DNA of 64,000 nt, from the NCBI GenBank assembly GCA_951406725.2, contig OX597843.1, forward strand, positions 16,182,001-16,246,000. Reading direction: 5' to 3'. The notes below the pieces were generated by a model, which searched no databases, had not been told where the DNA came from, and worked only from the letters and a program-made list of their open reading frames with translations. This stretch comes from Octopus vulgaris (taxonomy: Eukaryota). Below are positions 53,314 through 64,000 of the stretch, one piece after another. The position numbers were made by a program, and so were the translations under genes. Position 1 is the stretch's first letter. Each line of letters opens with the position of its first letter.

Positions 53314-54789
53314 TATATACGACGGGCTTCTTTCAGTTTCCGCTCACAAGGCTTTGGTCGGCCCGAGGCTATAGTAGAAGACACTTGCCCAAGATGCCAC
53401 GCAGTGGGACTGAACCCGGAACCATGTGGTTGGTAAGCAAGCTACTTACCACACAGCCACTCCTGCACCTATAAATATATATATACATATATACGACAGG
53501 CTTCTTTCAGTTTCCGTCTACCAAATCCACTCACAAGGCTTTGGTCGGCTCGAGGCTATAGTAGAAGACATTTGCCCAAGATGCCACGCAGTGGGACTGA
53601 ACCCCGGAACCATGTGGTTGGTAAGCAAGCTACTTACCACACAGCCACTCCTGCGCCAATGTTAATGAAACATGCGTAAGGTGATGCAACTAAACATTAT
53701 GTAAACAAACTCTGGTATTTCGTCTTATTCTCTCTCTCTCTACACTTACTCACAAGACAGCTGGAAGATTACCTTGCAGGATTTGAATGCCACGTCTGCT
53801 CTAAATTATATTGATGCGTTGACCTCTATCCATATCAAAGTAACATCACAACCTTGATTGTTTAAATTAAGAGACTTAACCTAAGCGGCTAAGATTAAAT
53901 ACCGAAGGCTTGTCAACAGGATCTCAGTCCACAGTGTTGAGATAAAGTGTGTGTGTGTGTGTGTGTGTGTGTTTGTATATATGTGTGTGTGTATATGTGT
54001 GTGTGTGTATATATGTGTGTGTGTATGTGTGTGTGTTTGTATATGTGTGTGTATATATATGTGTGTGTGTATATATATGTGAGTGTGTGTTTGTATATGT
54101 GTGTATATATATGTGTGTATGTGTGTGTATATATGTGTGTGTGTGTATATATATATATGTGTGTGTATATATGTGTGTGTGTATATATGTGTGTGTGTAT
54201 ATATGTGTGTGTGTATGTGTATATATGTGTGTGTGTATATATGTGTGTGTGTGTATATATGTGTGTGTGTGTGTATATATATATGTGTGTGTATGCGTGT
54301 ATAACTTTAAAGAGCACCAAGTAGTGAGGTACTTGTTCAGAAGTTTCGCTCATAAACACACACATCGTCCAGTCTGAGATTCGAACCTGCTATCCCTCGA
54401 CTGCGAGTCTGCTGCTCTAACCACTAGGCCATGTGTCTCCACCTGTAAAGGACTTATCGCGTACCAAACTGGCGAGCTGTTTCGGGAGAAATGTTGTTAT
54501 CCTAGTCACTCATATGCCACAGGCCTACCCGCCTGGCCAGCAGGGTGGCTTCATTCAAATGGTATAACTTTGGTCATCCCTAGGCTAAAGCAGAAGATAC
54601 CTGCCCACTGGTGACCAGTGGCATGTAACAACATCCCATAATCTGGTCAGTACAGTAATACAATGAGGTCATACATATACTCTTTTACTCTCTCTCTCTC
54701 TCTCTTTTACTTGTTTCAGTCATTTGACTGCAGCCATGCTGAAGTACTGCCTTTAGTTGAGCAAATATGGACTCCCAGTAGTCCTAATT

Positions 54790-55697
54790 GGAAGAAGAAG
54801 AAGAAGGTGAAGGAGAAGAAGAAGATGAAGAAGGAAAAGAATTGGAGGAAGAAGGTGAAGAAGAAGAAGAAGGTGAAGAAGAAGAAGAAGAAGAAGAAGA
54901 AGGTGAAGAAGAAGAAGGTGAAGAAGAAGGAAAAGAATTGGAGGAAGAAGAAGAAGGTGAAGAAGGTGAAGAAGAAGAAGAAGGTGAAGAAGGTGAAGAA
55001 GAAGAAGAAGGTGAAGAAGAAGAAAGGTGAAGAAGAAGAAGGTGAAGAAGAAGGTGAAGAAGAAGAAGGTGATGAAGAAGAAGAAGGAGGTGAAGAAGAA
55101 GAAGGTGAAGAAGAAGAAGGTGAAGATGAAGAAGAAGGTGATGAAGAAGAAGAAGGAGGTGAAGAAGAAGGTGAAGAAGAAGAAGAAGAAAGGTGAGGAA
55201 GAAGAAGGTGAAGAAGGAGAAGAAGAAGAAGAAGAAGAAGAAGAAGGTGAAGAAAAAGAAGAAGAAGACTGGGAAATGATGACAAGGAAAGCAACATCAA
55301 AGAAAATGACAACAATGAAAGTGATAACAATGACAAACAGCTATGATGACAGAGGCAAGGATCAATCATAAGGACAACGAAAACAACAACAACAATACTA
55401 CTACTACTACTACTACTACTACTGATAATAATAATAATGATAATAATAATAATAATGATAATAATAATGATAATGATAATAATAATGATAATGATAATAA
55501 TAATGATAATGATAATAATAATGATAATAATGATAATAATAATAATGATAATAATAATAATAATAATAATAATGATAATAATGATAATAATAATGATAAT
55601 AATAATAATAATGATAATAATAATAATGATAATGATAATAATAATGATAATAATGATAATAATAATAATAATGATAATAATAATAATAATAATAATG

Positions 55698-55773
<76 letters not shown>

Positions 55774-55800
55774 TGATAATAATAATAATAATAATAATAA
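54790..55800. repeat. (GAA/GGT)n purine tract followed by (AAT/GAT)n
   Basis: Direct reading. Confidence 0.9.
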
Positions 55801-56159
55801 AATGATGACCTTTGAAACAAGAAGAAAGAAACAAAAGCCAGGATGTAGAATGTTATAAATGTCAGTTTATAAGATTTAAGTTTAACTGGTATTATATTAA
55901 TTAGTTGTGGAAAATGTCAGTTAAAACCAGGAGTAAGCAGGTTATTGGATGGTGTTGAAAGATCAGGATAACAAGAAATTAAAAAGGTTGGTTGCAGGCA
56001 TGGCGATGTGGTTGAGAAGTAAGCTTCCCAACCGTGTGGATCCGGGTTCAATCCCACTGTGGCTCTGTGGGCACTAAAGGCAGGTATCTTCTGCTTTAGC
56101 CTAGGGATGACCAAAGCCTTGTGAGTGGATTCGGTAGATGGAAACTGGGAGAAGCCCAT

Positions 56160-56203
<44 letters not shown>

Positions 56204-56243
56204 TATGTGTATGTGTGTGTGTATGAGTGTGTGTGTGTGTGTG

Positions 56244-56277
<34 letters not shown>

Positions 56278-56938
56278 TGTGTGTGTGTGAGAGAGAAAGT
56301 GTGTCTGTGTGTGTGTGAGAGTGTGTGTACGTGTGTGTGTGAGTGTGTGTGTGTGTGTGTGTGTGAGTGTGTGTGTGTGAGAGAGAAAGTGTGTCTGTGT
56401 GTGTGTGAGAGTGTGTGTACGTGTGTGTGTGAGAGTGTGTGTGTGTGAGAGTGTGTGTGTGTGTGAGTGTGTGTGTGTGAGAGAGAAAGTGTGTCTGTGT
56501 GTGTGTGAGAGTGTGTGTACGTGTGTGTGTGAGAGTGTGTGTGTGTGAGAGTGTGTGTGTGTGTGAGTGTGTGTGTGTGAGAGAGAAAGTGTGTCTGTGT
56601 GTGTGTGAGAGTGTGTGTACGTGTGTGTGTGAGAGTGTGTGTGTGTGTGAGAGTGTGTGTGTGTGTGAGTGTGTGTGTGTGAGTGTGTGTGTGAGAGAGA
56701 GAAAGTGTGTCTGTGTGTGTGTGAGAGTGTGTGTACGTGTGTGTGTGAGAGTGTGTGTGTGTGTGAGAGTGTGTGTGTGTGTGAGTGTGTGTGTGTGAGT
56801 GTGTGTGTGTGAGAGAGAAAGTGTGTCTGTGTGTGTGTGAGAGTGTGTGTACGTGTGTGTGTGAGAGTGTGTGTGTGTGTGTGAGAGTGTGTGTGTGAGA
56901 GTGTGTGTGTGTGTGTATGAGTGTGTGTGTGTGTGTAT
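56160..56938. repeat. (GT)n-based array with higher-order unit marked by gagagaaagtgtgtctgtg...gtac
   Basis: The marker recurs about 6 times; the array expanded within a CORE-SINE internal microsatellite. Confidence 0.9.
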
Positions 56939-57009
56939 GAAGGCCTCTCCCATCAAAGACAATGTATGAACGTTCAGCTTTTGCCAAATGACTTGCAGCA
57001 CATTTATCT

Positions 57010-57445
57010 CATCATCATCATCATTGTTTGACCGTGGTCGAGATATTGGAATTTACCATGCTACGCCAGACTTCACGGTCCATCATAGCATTCAGTCACT
57101 GAAGATCCAACTCATAACTGCCAAGAAGAATCTTGATGAGGCTTACTTGAACGCCGAGATCAACTTTATCAATGGCAAAATTAGCAAACTATCCAAAGAG
57201 CACATTAGTAAAAAAATACCATCTCGCCTGGAAATCCATCAAAGACGTATCAGGCAAAAATTCTGGGTCATCAATTAGTATTAAAGGGGGATCAGCTAAG
57301 AAGCGTTTAGAAAATTGGTCAACTCATTTTGAAAACCTTCTTAGGAAGAATGCCAAAATCCCTGATAACGCCACTCTCCCAAGTGTGCCTATATCAGACA
57401 CGCTGGACATTAACACCTCCCCTTTTACCATATTTGAACTAAACA
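57010..57445. mobile_element. RTE LINE copy with inversion
   Basis: 57010-57091 matches the minus-strand 3' end at 38228-38313. It is joined to a plus-strand ORF piece (AWKSIKDVSGK...RLENWSTHFENLL...PFTIFEL) typical of the APE-RT linker. Confidence 0.75.
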
Positions 57446-57606
57446 ACATTTATCTCACTCCCTCCATCAAACTGATGCTGTCTGAAAAGGAGCACAGTGT
57501 GCCATGTGCCAGGTGTCAAAGTGATCACAGAGCAATGTGAGATGAAGTGTCTTGCTCAAGATCACAATGCCCCACCAGTTCTAAGAATTGAAATCACAAT
57601 CAATCA

Positions 57607-57655
<49 letters not shown>

Positions 57656-57657
57656 CT

Positions 57658-57885
57658 CTTTACTACCCACAAGGGGCTAAAAACAGAGGTGACAAACAAG
57701 GACAGACAAACGGATTAAGTCGATTACATTGGCCCCAGTACGTAACTGGTACTTAATTTATCGACCCCAAAAGGATGAAAGGCAAAGTCGACCTCGGCGG
57801 AATTTGAACTCAGAACACAGCGGCAGACGAAATACCGCAAAGCATTTCGTCCAGCGTGCTAACGATTCTGCCAGCTCGCCGCCTT
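57658..57885 (-). mobile_element. tRNA-derived SINE with Meta-type central domain, representative copy
   Basis: Head ggcggcgagctggcagaatcgttag...gagttcaaattcc and central gcctttcatcctttcggggtcgataaattaagtaccag. Copies at 1880-2075, 2095-2775, 2795-3195, 3783-3985(+), 4003-4216, 4546-4895, 4918-5133, 5459-5673, 6184-6398, 6902-7116, 35110-35334, 43374-44090 (x3), 48385-48602, mostly in (AAT)n. Confidence 0.85.
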
Positions 57886-58574
57886 GTAATAATTAATATT
57901 AGGGAGTATAACTCCAAACTTACAGGGAAAAATTCAATTCAGTATTAAATCAAATTTCACAATATAAATATATAATATATAAATTAGAGGAAAACACTTT
58001 TATCATTTTTTGGTACTTTTTGTGATCTAGTTATATGTTTTATAATATATTTTCTTTTTCTTTATGATTTGGTTTATGTCTATCATTGTTTGAATTACAT
58101 AATAGTGGTTTTTCTCTAATTTATATATATATATATATATAATTTCATCCTTTCGGGGGTTGATTAAATAAGTACCAGTTACCCACTGGGGTCATTTCTT
58201 GTTGGACAACCATACAGATGATTTATCTGTAGTGATCGGATGTTTGCATTCACATAAGCTCGCTCGCTCCCTCCATCAAATCAACATGGCTTGTACAAGT
58301 GCACAAGTGTGCCATGCGTCAGATATCAAAATTATTGCTAAACAATGTGAAATGAAGTGTCTTGCTGAAGAACACAACGCATTGCCCAGTCTGGGAATTG
58401 AAACCACAATCTCATGGGCGGGAGTACAACACCTTAAGCACTAGGCCTTCACTAATCTATATACATACAGGCTGCATAAGGTATTTTTGGTGTCATTGCT
58501 GCATTTTTTGGCTAACTCTGTTTTATCTTTATTTCAGAAAATAATAATCTGTACACCCTCAGCTTATTCAAGAA

Positions 58575-59428
58575 ATGAAGAGGCATGCTGTTATTGTGGT
58601 TATAAAGGCTGAGCATAGCGATTTAGAAATATCTCGATTTTTAGAAGTTGCCAGATCTTTCATCTACAAAGTTTTTAAGGAGCTAGGGACCGAAGATGGA
58701 AATGTATCACCAGTATCAAAGCATAAAAAGCATTCTAAACACTCTGAAATCATCAGAACACCTGAATTTATCCAGCAAGTTCAACAGACCATTGATTACA
58801 ATCCCAGAAAGTCCATGCGGTCAATTGCAAAAGATCTCCATGAGTCAGAAGGAACAGTCAGAAATGTTGTTCATGAAGACATCAGATATGTCTTATATGA
58901 TGAGTAAAGGTCAATTTGTCGGGAAAAGCAAAAGAAAATCTCTACATCAGACCTAAAAGGCTCTTAAACAAACTGAAAAACCCAGCAGAAGATTTGATTT
59001 GGTTTTTCTCAAATGAGAAAAACTTCAACCAAGATCAAAAAGTTAACAGAAGAAACGACAGATGTGCAGACCCTTCTGAAGCTCCAAGTGTTATGCATAC
59101 AAAATTTCCTGCAACTGTCATCGTTTTAGGGGTTGTCAGCAATGAAGGATATGCGATGCCTCCTTACTTCTTTCCACAAGGCCTTAGAGTTAATTCTGCC
59201 ACCTACATTGAGGTCCTGGAAACAATTATCAAGCCCTGGATAGACAGTGTATGCAATGGGAGGCCATATGTGTTTCAGTAAGGCTCTGCACTATCACACA
59301 TGGCTCTAGTAACACAGGAATGGATGGCTGAAAATTTTCCTGATCACATAACCCCCTAACATTTGGTCTCCTAATTCCCCAGATCTCAATCTATTGGACT
59401 ATTACATGTAGAGCATTGTTGAGAGAGA
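58575..59428 (+). pseudogene. DD37D (maT-family) transposase pseudogene
   Basis: HTH N-terminus, WFFSNEKNF (first D mutated), YVFQ*GSA.SH and W.PNSPDLNLLDY, with 37 residues between the second and third catalytic positions. Frameshifts and stops; truncated by a SINE. Confidence 0.85.
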
Positions 59429-59504
59429 AGTTTGCTTTCCAGCCACATGGTTCTGGGTTCAATCCCAGTGTATTGCACCTTTGGTGTTGTCTACTATAGT
59501 CTCG

Positions 59505-60672
59505 GGCTGCAAAATTTTTTCTCCCACAAGAGTTCTGGACCCCTGTAATGAACTCATTTACATACAACCAATCAGAGCTCACCTTGAAAATCCACAGACT
59601 GTGTACTACTACAGTACAGCCAGTTAAGCATAGAATGGTGTATGCCACTCTGTGAGTACAGCACTGTAGGTCCCACATAAGCACCAAATTCCCCCCACTT
59701 CTACCATCCTCATAGATCAATTGAGCACCATCTCTACATGGAACTACCATTAGGTACCTCTGCTCAGACTGAGATTAGTGATACTGCATGTACCCATTGA
59801 TATATGCAAGGAGGACGCAATACGACACAACGCCATAATGATTACAATGTTTCCAGATCAACACCAACATTTTAAATTAGGAATGTACAAAATCAGTCAA
59901 AAAATTAGGAGACTACACTCATTTACATTTTCTAGTTAATTATGCAAATTGGCAACACTTTTGGCTTCATCTGCGAGCAGCTCTCCATTCACTTTATACA
60001 CAAAATTTCATTTGTCACCCCTATTAACCCATTTTACATTTGTCACCCCTATAAACCCATTTTACATTTGTCACCCCTATAAACCCATTTTACATTTGTC
60101 ACCCCTATTAACCCGTTTTACATTTGTCACCCCTATTAACCCGTTTTACATTTGTCACCCCTATTAACCCGTTTTACATTTGTCACCCCTATAACCTGTT
60201 TTACATTTGTCACCCCTATTAACCCATTTTACATTTGTCACCCCTATTAACCCGTTTTACATTTGTCACCCCTATTAACCCGTTTTACATTTGTCACCCC
60301 TATTAACCCGTTTTACATTTGTCACCCCTATTAACCCGTTTTACATTTGTCACCCCTATTAACCCGTTTTACATCTGTCACCCCTATTAACCCATTTTAC
60401 ATCTGTCACCCCTATTAACCCATTTTACATCTGTCACCCCTATTAACCCATTTTACATTTGTCACCCCTATTAACCCATTTTACATCTGTCACCCCTATT
60501 AACCCATTTAGAACAGTAAAATTTTGCTATAATGCACATTTTCCACTGAACTCAACCAGAGTGTTTTTGTGACTTGGTGGACACTAGTTTGATAGTTGAG
60601 CTCTGATTGGCTGTATGCAAATGAGTTCATAATTGGGGTCCAGAACTCTTGTGGGAAAAAAAATTTTGTCCC
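59505..60672. mobile_element. Non-autonomous TIR transposon inside a CORE-SINE, carrying a minisatellite
   Basis: About 70-bp imperfect TIRs (59510-59581 / 60597-60668) with octamer-like and CCAAT motifs; the host SINE resumes at cgggccaactaaagcc. Confidence 0.75.
60005..60509. repeat. 28-bp minisatellite, about 18 copies
   Basis: Unit (c)rttttacatytgtcacccctattaacc, contiguous, no spacers. Confidence 0.95.
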
Positions 60673-60745
60673 CGGGCCAACTAAAGCCTTGTGAGTGGAT
60701 TTGGTAGATGGAAACTGAAAAAGCTGCATATATATGTATGTGTGT

Positions 60746-60946
60746 CTTCTTACAGCATCCACCCGGGGTGGGTTGAGCTGGCTTCATTCATCCTCAATGC
60801 TGCATCTCTGACAAACGCTGAGACCAGGCCTAGCGATTTGAGGCTAACGACCGCGTGATCTCCAACCACTCCTTATTCCAGTGGCGAACGCCGTAGATAT
60901 GGGGGCCTAGGTTGGGTTCCAGATCAGCCTTGACTGTCATCAGCCA
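60746..60946 (-). mobile_element. RTE-clade (SR2-like) LINE C-terminal fragment
   Basis: WLMTVKADLEPNLGPHIYGVRHWNKEWLEITRSLASNR*AWS resembles RTE ORF ends. Confidence 0.6.
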
Positions 60947-61264
60947 TGTGTGTGTGTGTTTGTCCCTGGTTTGTTTACATCCCTGTAACTTAGTAGTTCA
61001 ACAAAAGGAGACTAACAGAATAAGCACCAAATTTTTAAAAAATAAAACCAATACTAGGGTCAATTTCTTTGACTTAAACCCTCAGTGCTCCAGTTTGGCC
61101 GCAGTCTAATGACTGAAGCAAGTAAAATATAAATAAAATTAAAAGATGTGCGTAAGTGTGTGTGTGCACATGTGCATACACACAATACACCAAAGATATA
61201 AATATAGCTAGAGGCCAATTGGTTCATTACTCATCATGCACTGATAGGGATTATGTAAACACAC

Positions 61265-61303
<39 letters not shown>

Positions 61304-61476
61304 TAAACACATTAGATTATGTCTGTGTATATATGTATGTGTGTGTGTGTGCATATATGTATGTGTGTATATACATTGTGTGTGTGTGTATACATGTGTA
61401 TATGTGAGTGTATATGTGTGTGTGTATATATATATAGATGTGTGCATGTGTATATATATGTGTGTGTGTGTGTGTG

Positions 61477-61716
61477 TATTGGGTCATCTCATAAATAATG
61501 CGGTTCTTTCAATTGCATGAATTAAAGTAGGAGGGGGGACGGGATAAACTACCTGCATCAATTTGCTACAAAAGCAGGTAGTAATTTTACTTTGTGCTTA
61601 TTCTTAGTGCAAGTTTTGAAGAGTGCAGTTTGATTTTAACAGTTATTTTTTCAAAGTTATAATGAAAGTGACAAAAGGAGCATATTCGGCATATTTTGCT
61701 TTAAGAGTTCAGTAAA
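61477..61716 (+). mobile_element. mariner 5' end fragment
   Basis: TA + TIR ttgggtcatctcataaataatgcgg; ATG at about 61662 followed (with a frameshift) by KEHIRHILL.EF; truncated by a SINE. Confidence 0.7.
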
Positions 61717-62053
61717 GCGCAGGAGTGGCTGTGTGGTAAGTAGCTTGCTTACCAACCACATGGTTCCGGGTTCAGTCCCACTGTGTGGCACCTTGGGCAA
61801 GTGTCTTCTACTATAGCCTCGGGCCGACCAAAGCCTTGTGAGTGGATTTGGTAGACGGAAACTGAAAGAAGCCCGTCATATATATATAGGAGTGGCTGTG
61901 TGGTAAGTAGCTTGCTTACCAACCACATGGTTCCGGGTTCAGTCCCACTGCGTGGCACCTTGGGCAAGTGTCTTCTACTATAGCCTCGGGCCGACCAAAG
62001 CCTTGTGAGTGGATTTGGTAGACGGAAACTGAAAGAAGCCTGTCGTATATATG

Positions 62054-62086
<33 letters not shown>

Positions 62087-64000
62087 CTGTGTTTGTCCCC
62101 CTAGCATTGCTTGACAACCGATGCTGGTGTGTTTATGTCCCTGTCACTTAGCGGTTCAGCAAAGAGACCGATAGAATAAGTGCAGAGTCACTGCCAGAGC
62201 AGCTGACTGGCTTCCGTGCCGGTGGCACATAAAAAGCACCATTCAAACGTGATCGTTACCAGTGTCTCCTTACTGGCACTTGTGCTGGAGACGCATGAAA
62301 AACATTCAACAGAGGTCATTGCCAGTGTTGCTGGACTGGCTCCTATGCAGGTGGCACGTAAAAAACACCACTTCAGTGTACCACCTGACTGGCCCTCGTG
62401 CCGGTGGCACGTAAAAAGCACCCACTACACTCTCGCAGTGGTTGGCATTAGGAAGGGCATCCAGCTTTAGAAACTCTGCCAGATCAAGATTGGAGCCTGG
62501 TGCAGCCTCTGGTTCGCCAGTCCTCAGTGAAATCATCCAACCCATGTCAGCATGGAAAGTGGATGTTAAACGATGATGATGATATTCTCTTTACTCTTTT
62601 ACTTATTTCAGTCATTTGACTGTGGCCATGCTGGAGCACCACCTTTAGTCGAGCAAATCGACCCCAGGACTTATTCTTTGTAAGCCTAGTACTTATTCTA
62701 TCGGTCTCTTTTGCCGAGCCGCTAAGTTATGGGGACATAAACACACCGGCATCGGCCGTCAAGCGATGCTGGGAGGACAAACGCATACACACATAAACAC
62801 ATACATATATATACATATATACGACGGGCTTCTTTCAGTTTCCATCTACCAAATCCTCTCACAAGGCTTTGGTCGGCCCGAGGCTATAGTAGAAGAAACT
62901 TGCCTAAGGTGCCACGTAGTGGGACTGAACTCTGAACCATATGGTCGGTAAGCAAGCTACTTACCACACAGCCACTCCTGCGCCTATATATATACATATA
63001 TACGACGGGCTTCTTTCAGTTTCCGTCTACCAAATCAACTCACAAGGCTTTGGTCCGCCTGAGGCTATAGTAGAAGACACTTGCCCAAGGTGCCACGTAG
63101 TGGGACTGAACTCTGAACCATATGGTCGGTAAGCAAGCTACTTACCACACAGCCACTCCTATGCGCCTATATATATATATATATATATATATATTTACAT
63201 TTGTGTGTGTGTGTGTGTGTGCATGTGTATATATCTGTATTTATCTTTTGACCACATATATGACAAACAGTGTTGGTTTGTTTACATTTCCCTAATTTAG
63301 CACACTGGCACAAAGAGAGACCTATAGTGTAACTACAAGACTACAAAAGACAAAAAAAAAAAAAAAACGGGGTCAATTTGTCTAAACTCTTAAAGGTGAT
63401 GCCCCAGCATGGCCGAGGACCAATTACTGAAACAATTAAAAGATAAAAGATAATTATATAAAATAAGAATTAAGACTTAAAAAAAGATTATATAGATACA
63501 AGCATGAGAAAAGGAGATTAGCTTAAATGAAGAAGGGGTTATGTTATTGTAATGCGACTGTCAAAAAAGGGCTCCAGGGCTTTAGCTTATGCTTTGAGTA
63601 AATAAGCAATGTTAGGGATGAAACAGACTGAGTAGGTAGGCAGGCAGGTAGGTAGGTAGGTAGGTAGATGAAAATTAATTAATCATAGGTGCAGGAGTGG
63701 ATGTGTGGTAAGTAGCTTGCTTCCCAACCACATGGTTCTGGGTTCAGTCCCACTGCATGGTATCAATGGTTAGTATTTTCTTCTATAGCCTCAGGCTGTC
63801 CAAAGCCTTGTGAGTGGATTTGGTAGATGGAGACTGAATGAAGCCCGTCATATATATGTATATGTGTGTGTGTGTGTGTGTGTACGTTTGTGTTCCCCTA
63901 ACATCGCTTGGCAACCGCAATGCTGGTGTGTTTACGTCCCTGTAACTTTGCGGTTCGGCAAAATTGACCGATAGAATAAGTCCTAGGGTTGATTTGGACG

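Noticed and set aside
54663-55858. Glu-, Lys- and Asn-rich ORFs
   Set aside because: (GAA)n and (AAT)n simple repeats with frame changes; not credible coding sequence.
60005-60509. CRISPR-like array (28-bp repeats)
   Set aside because: Units are contiguous with no unique spacers, no cas genes, eukaryotic context.

Overview
This is AT-rich, microsatellite- and SINE-saturated eukaryotic DNA, most likely from an octopus (inferred from recognisable cephalopod tRNA-SINE families; not database-confirmed). The only well-supported host coding sequence is two minus-strand exons (17654-17773, 15319-15489) of a MARVEL-domain (plasmolipin/CMTM-like) membrane protein; its later exons are not evident in the window. 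Nearly all ORFs in the supplied track are microsatellite or SINE artefacts. The rest comprises three SINE families, fragments of RTE, CR1, R4/Dong and Tx1/L1-like LINEs, Helitrons, Merlin/piggyBac/hAT MITEs, decayed Tc1/mariner elements and several tandem arrays. The most interesting hidden layer is a set of short elements embedded mostly in (TA)n or (AAT)n, often folded back into long palindromes, that resemble terminal repeats of Penelope-like retroelements. Five sequence-unrelated hammerhead ribozyme motifs (seven copies) occur in such segments. One such insert instead carries a compact four-helix double-pseudoknot (24664-24729, minus strand) that does not fit the ribozyme folds I know. All structures were derived by eye; no folding or homology search was run.
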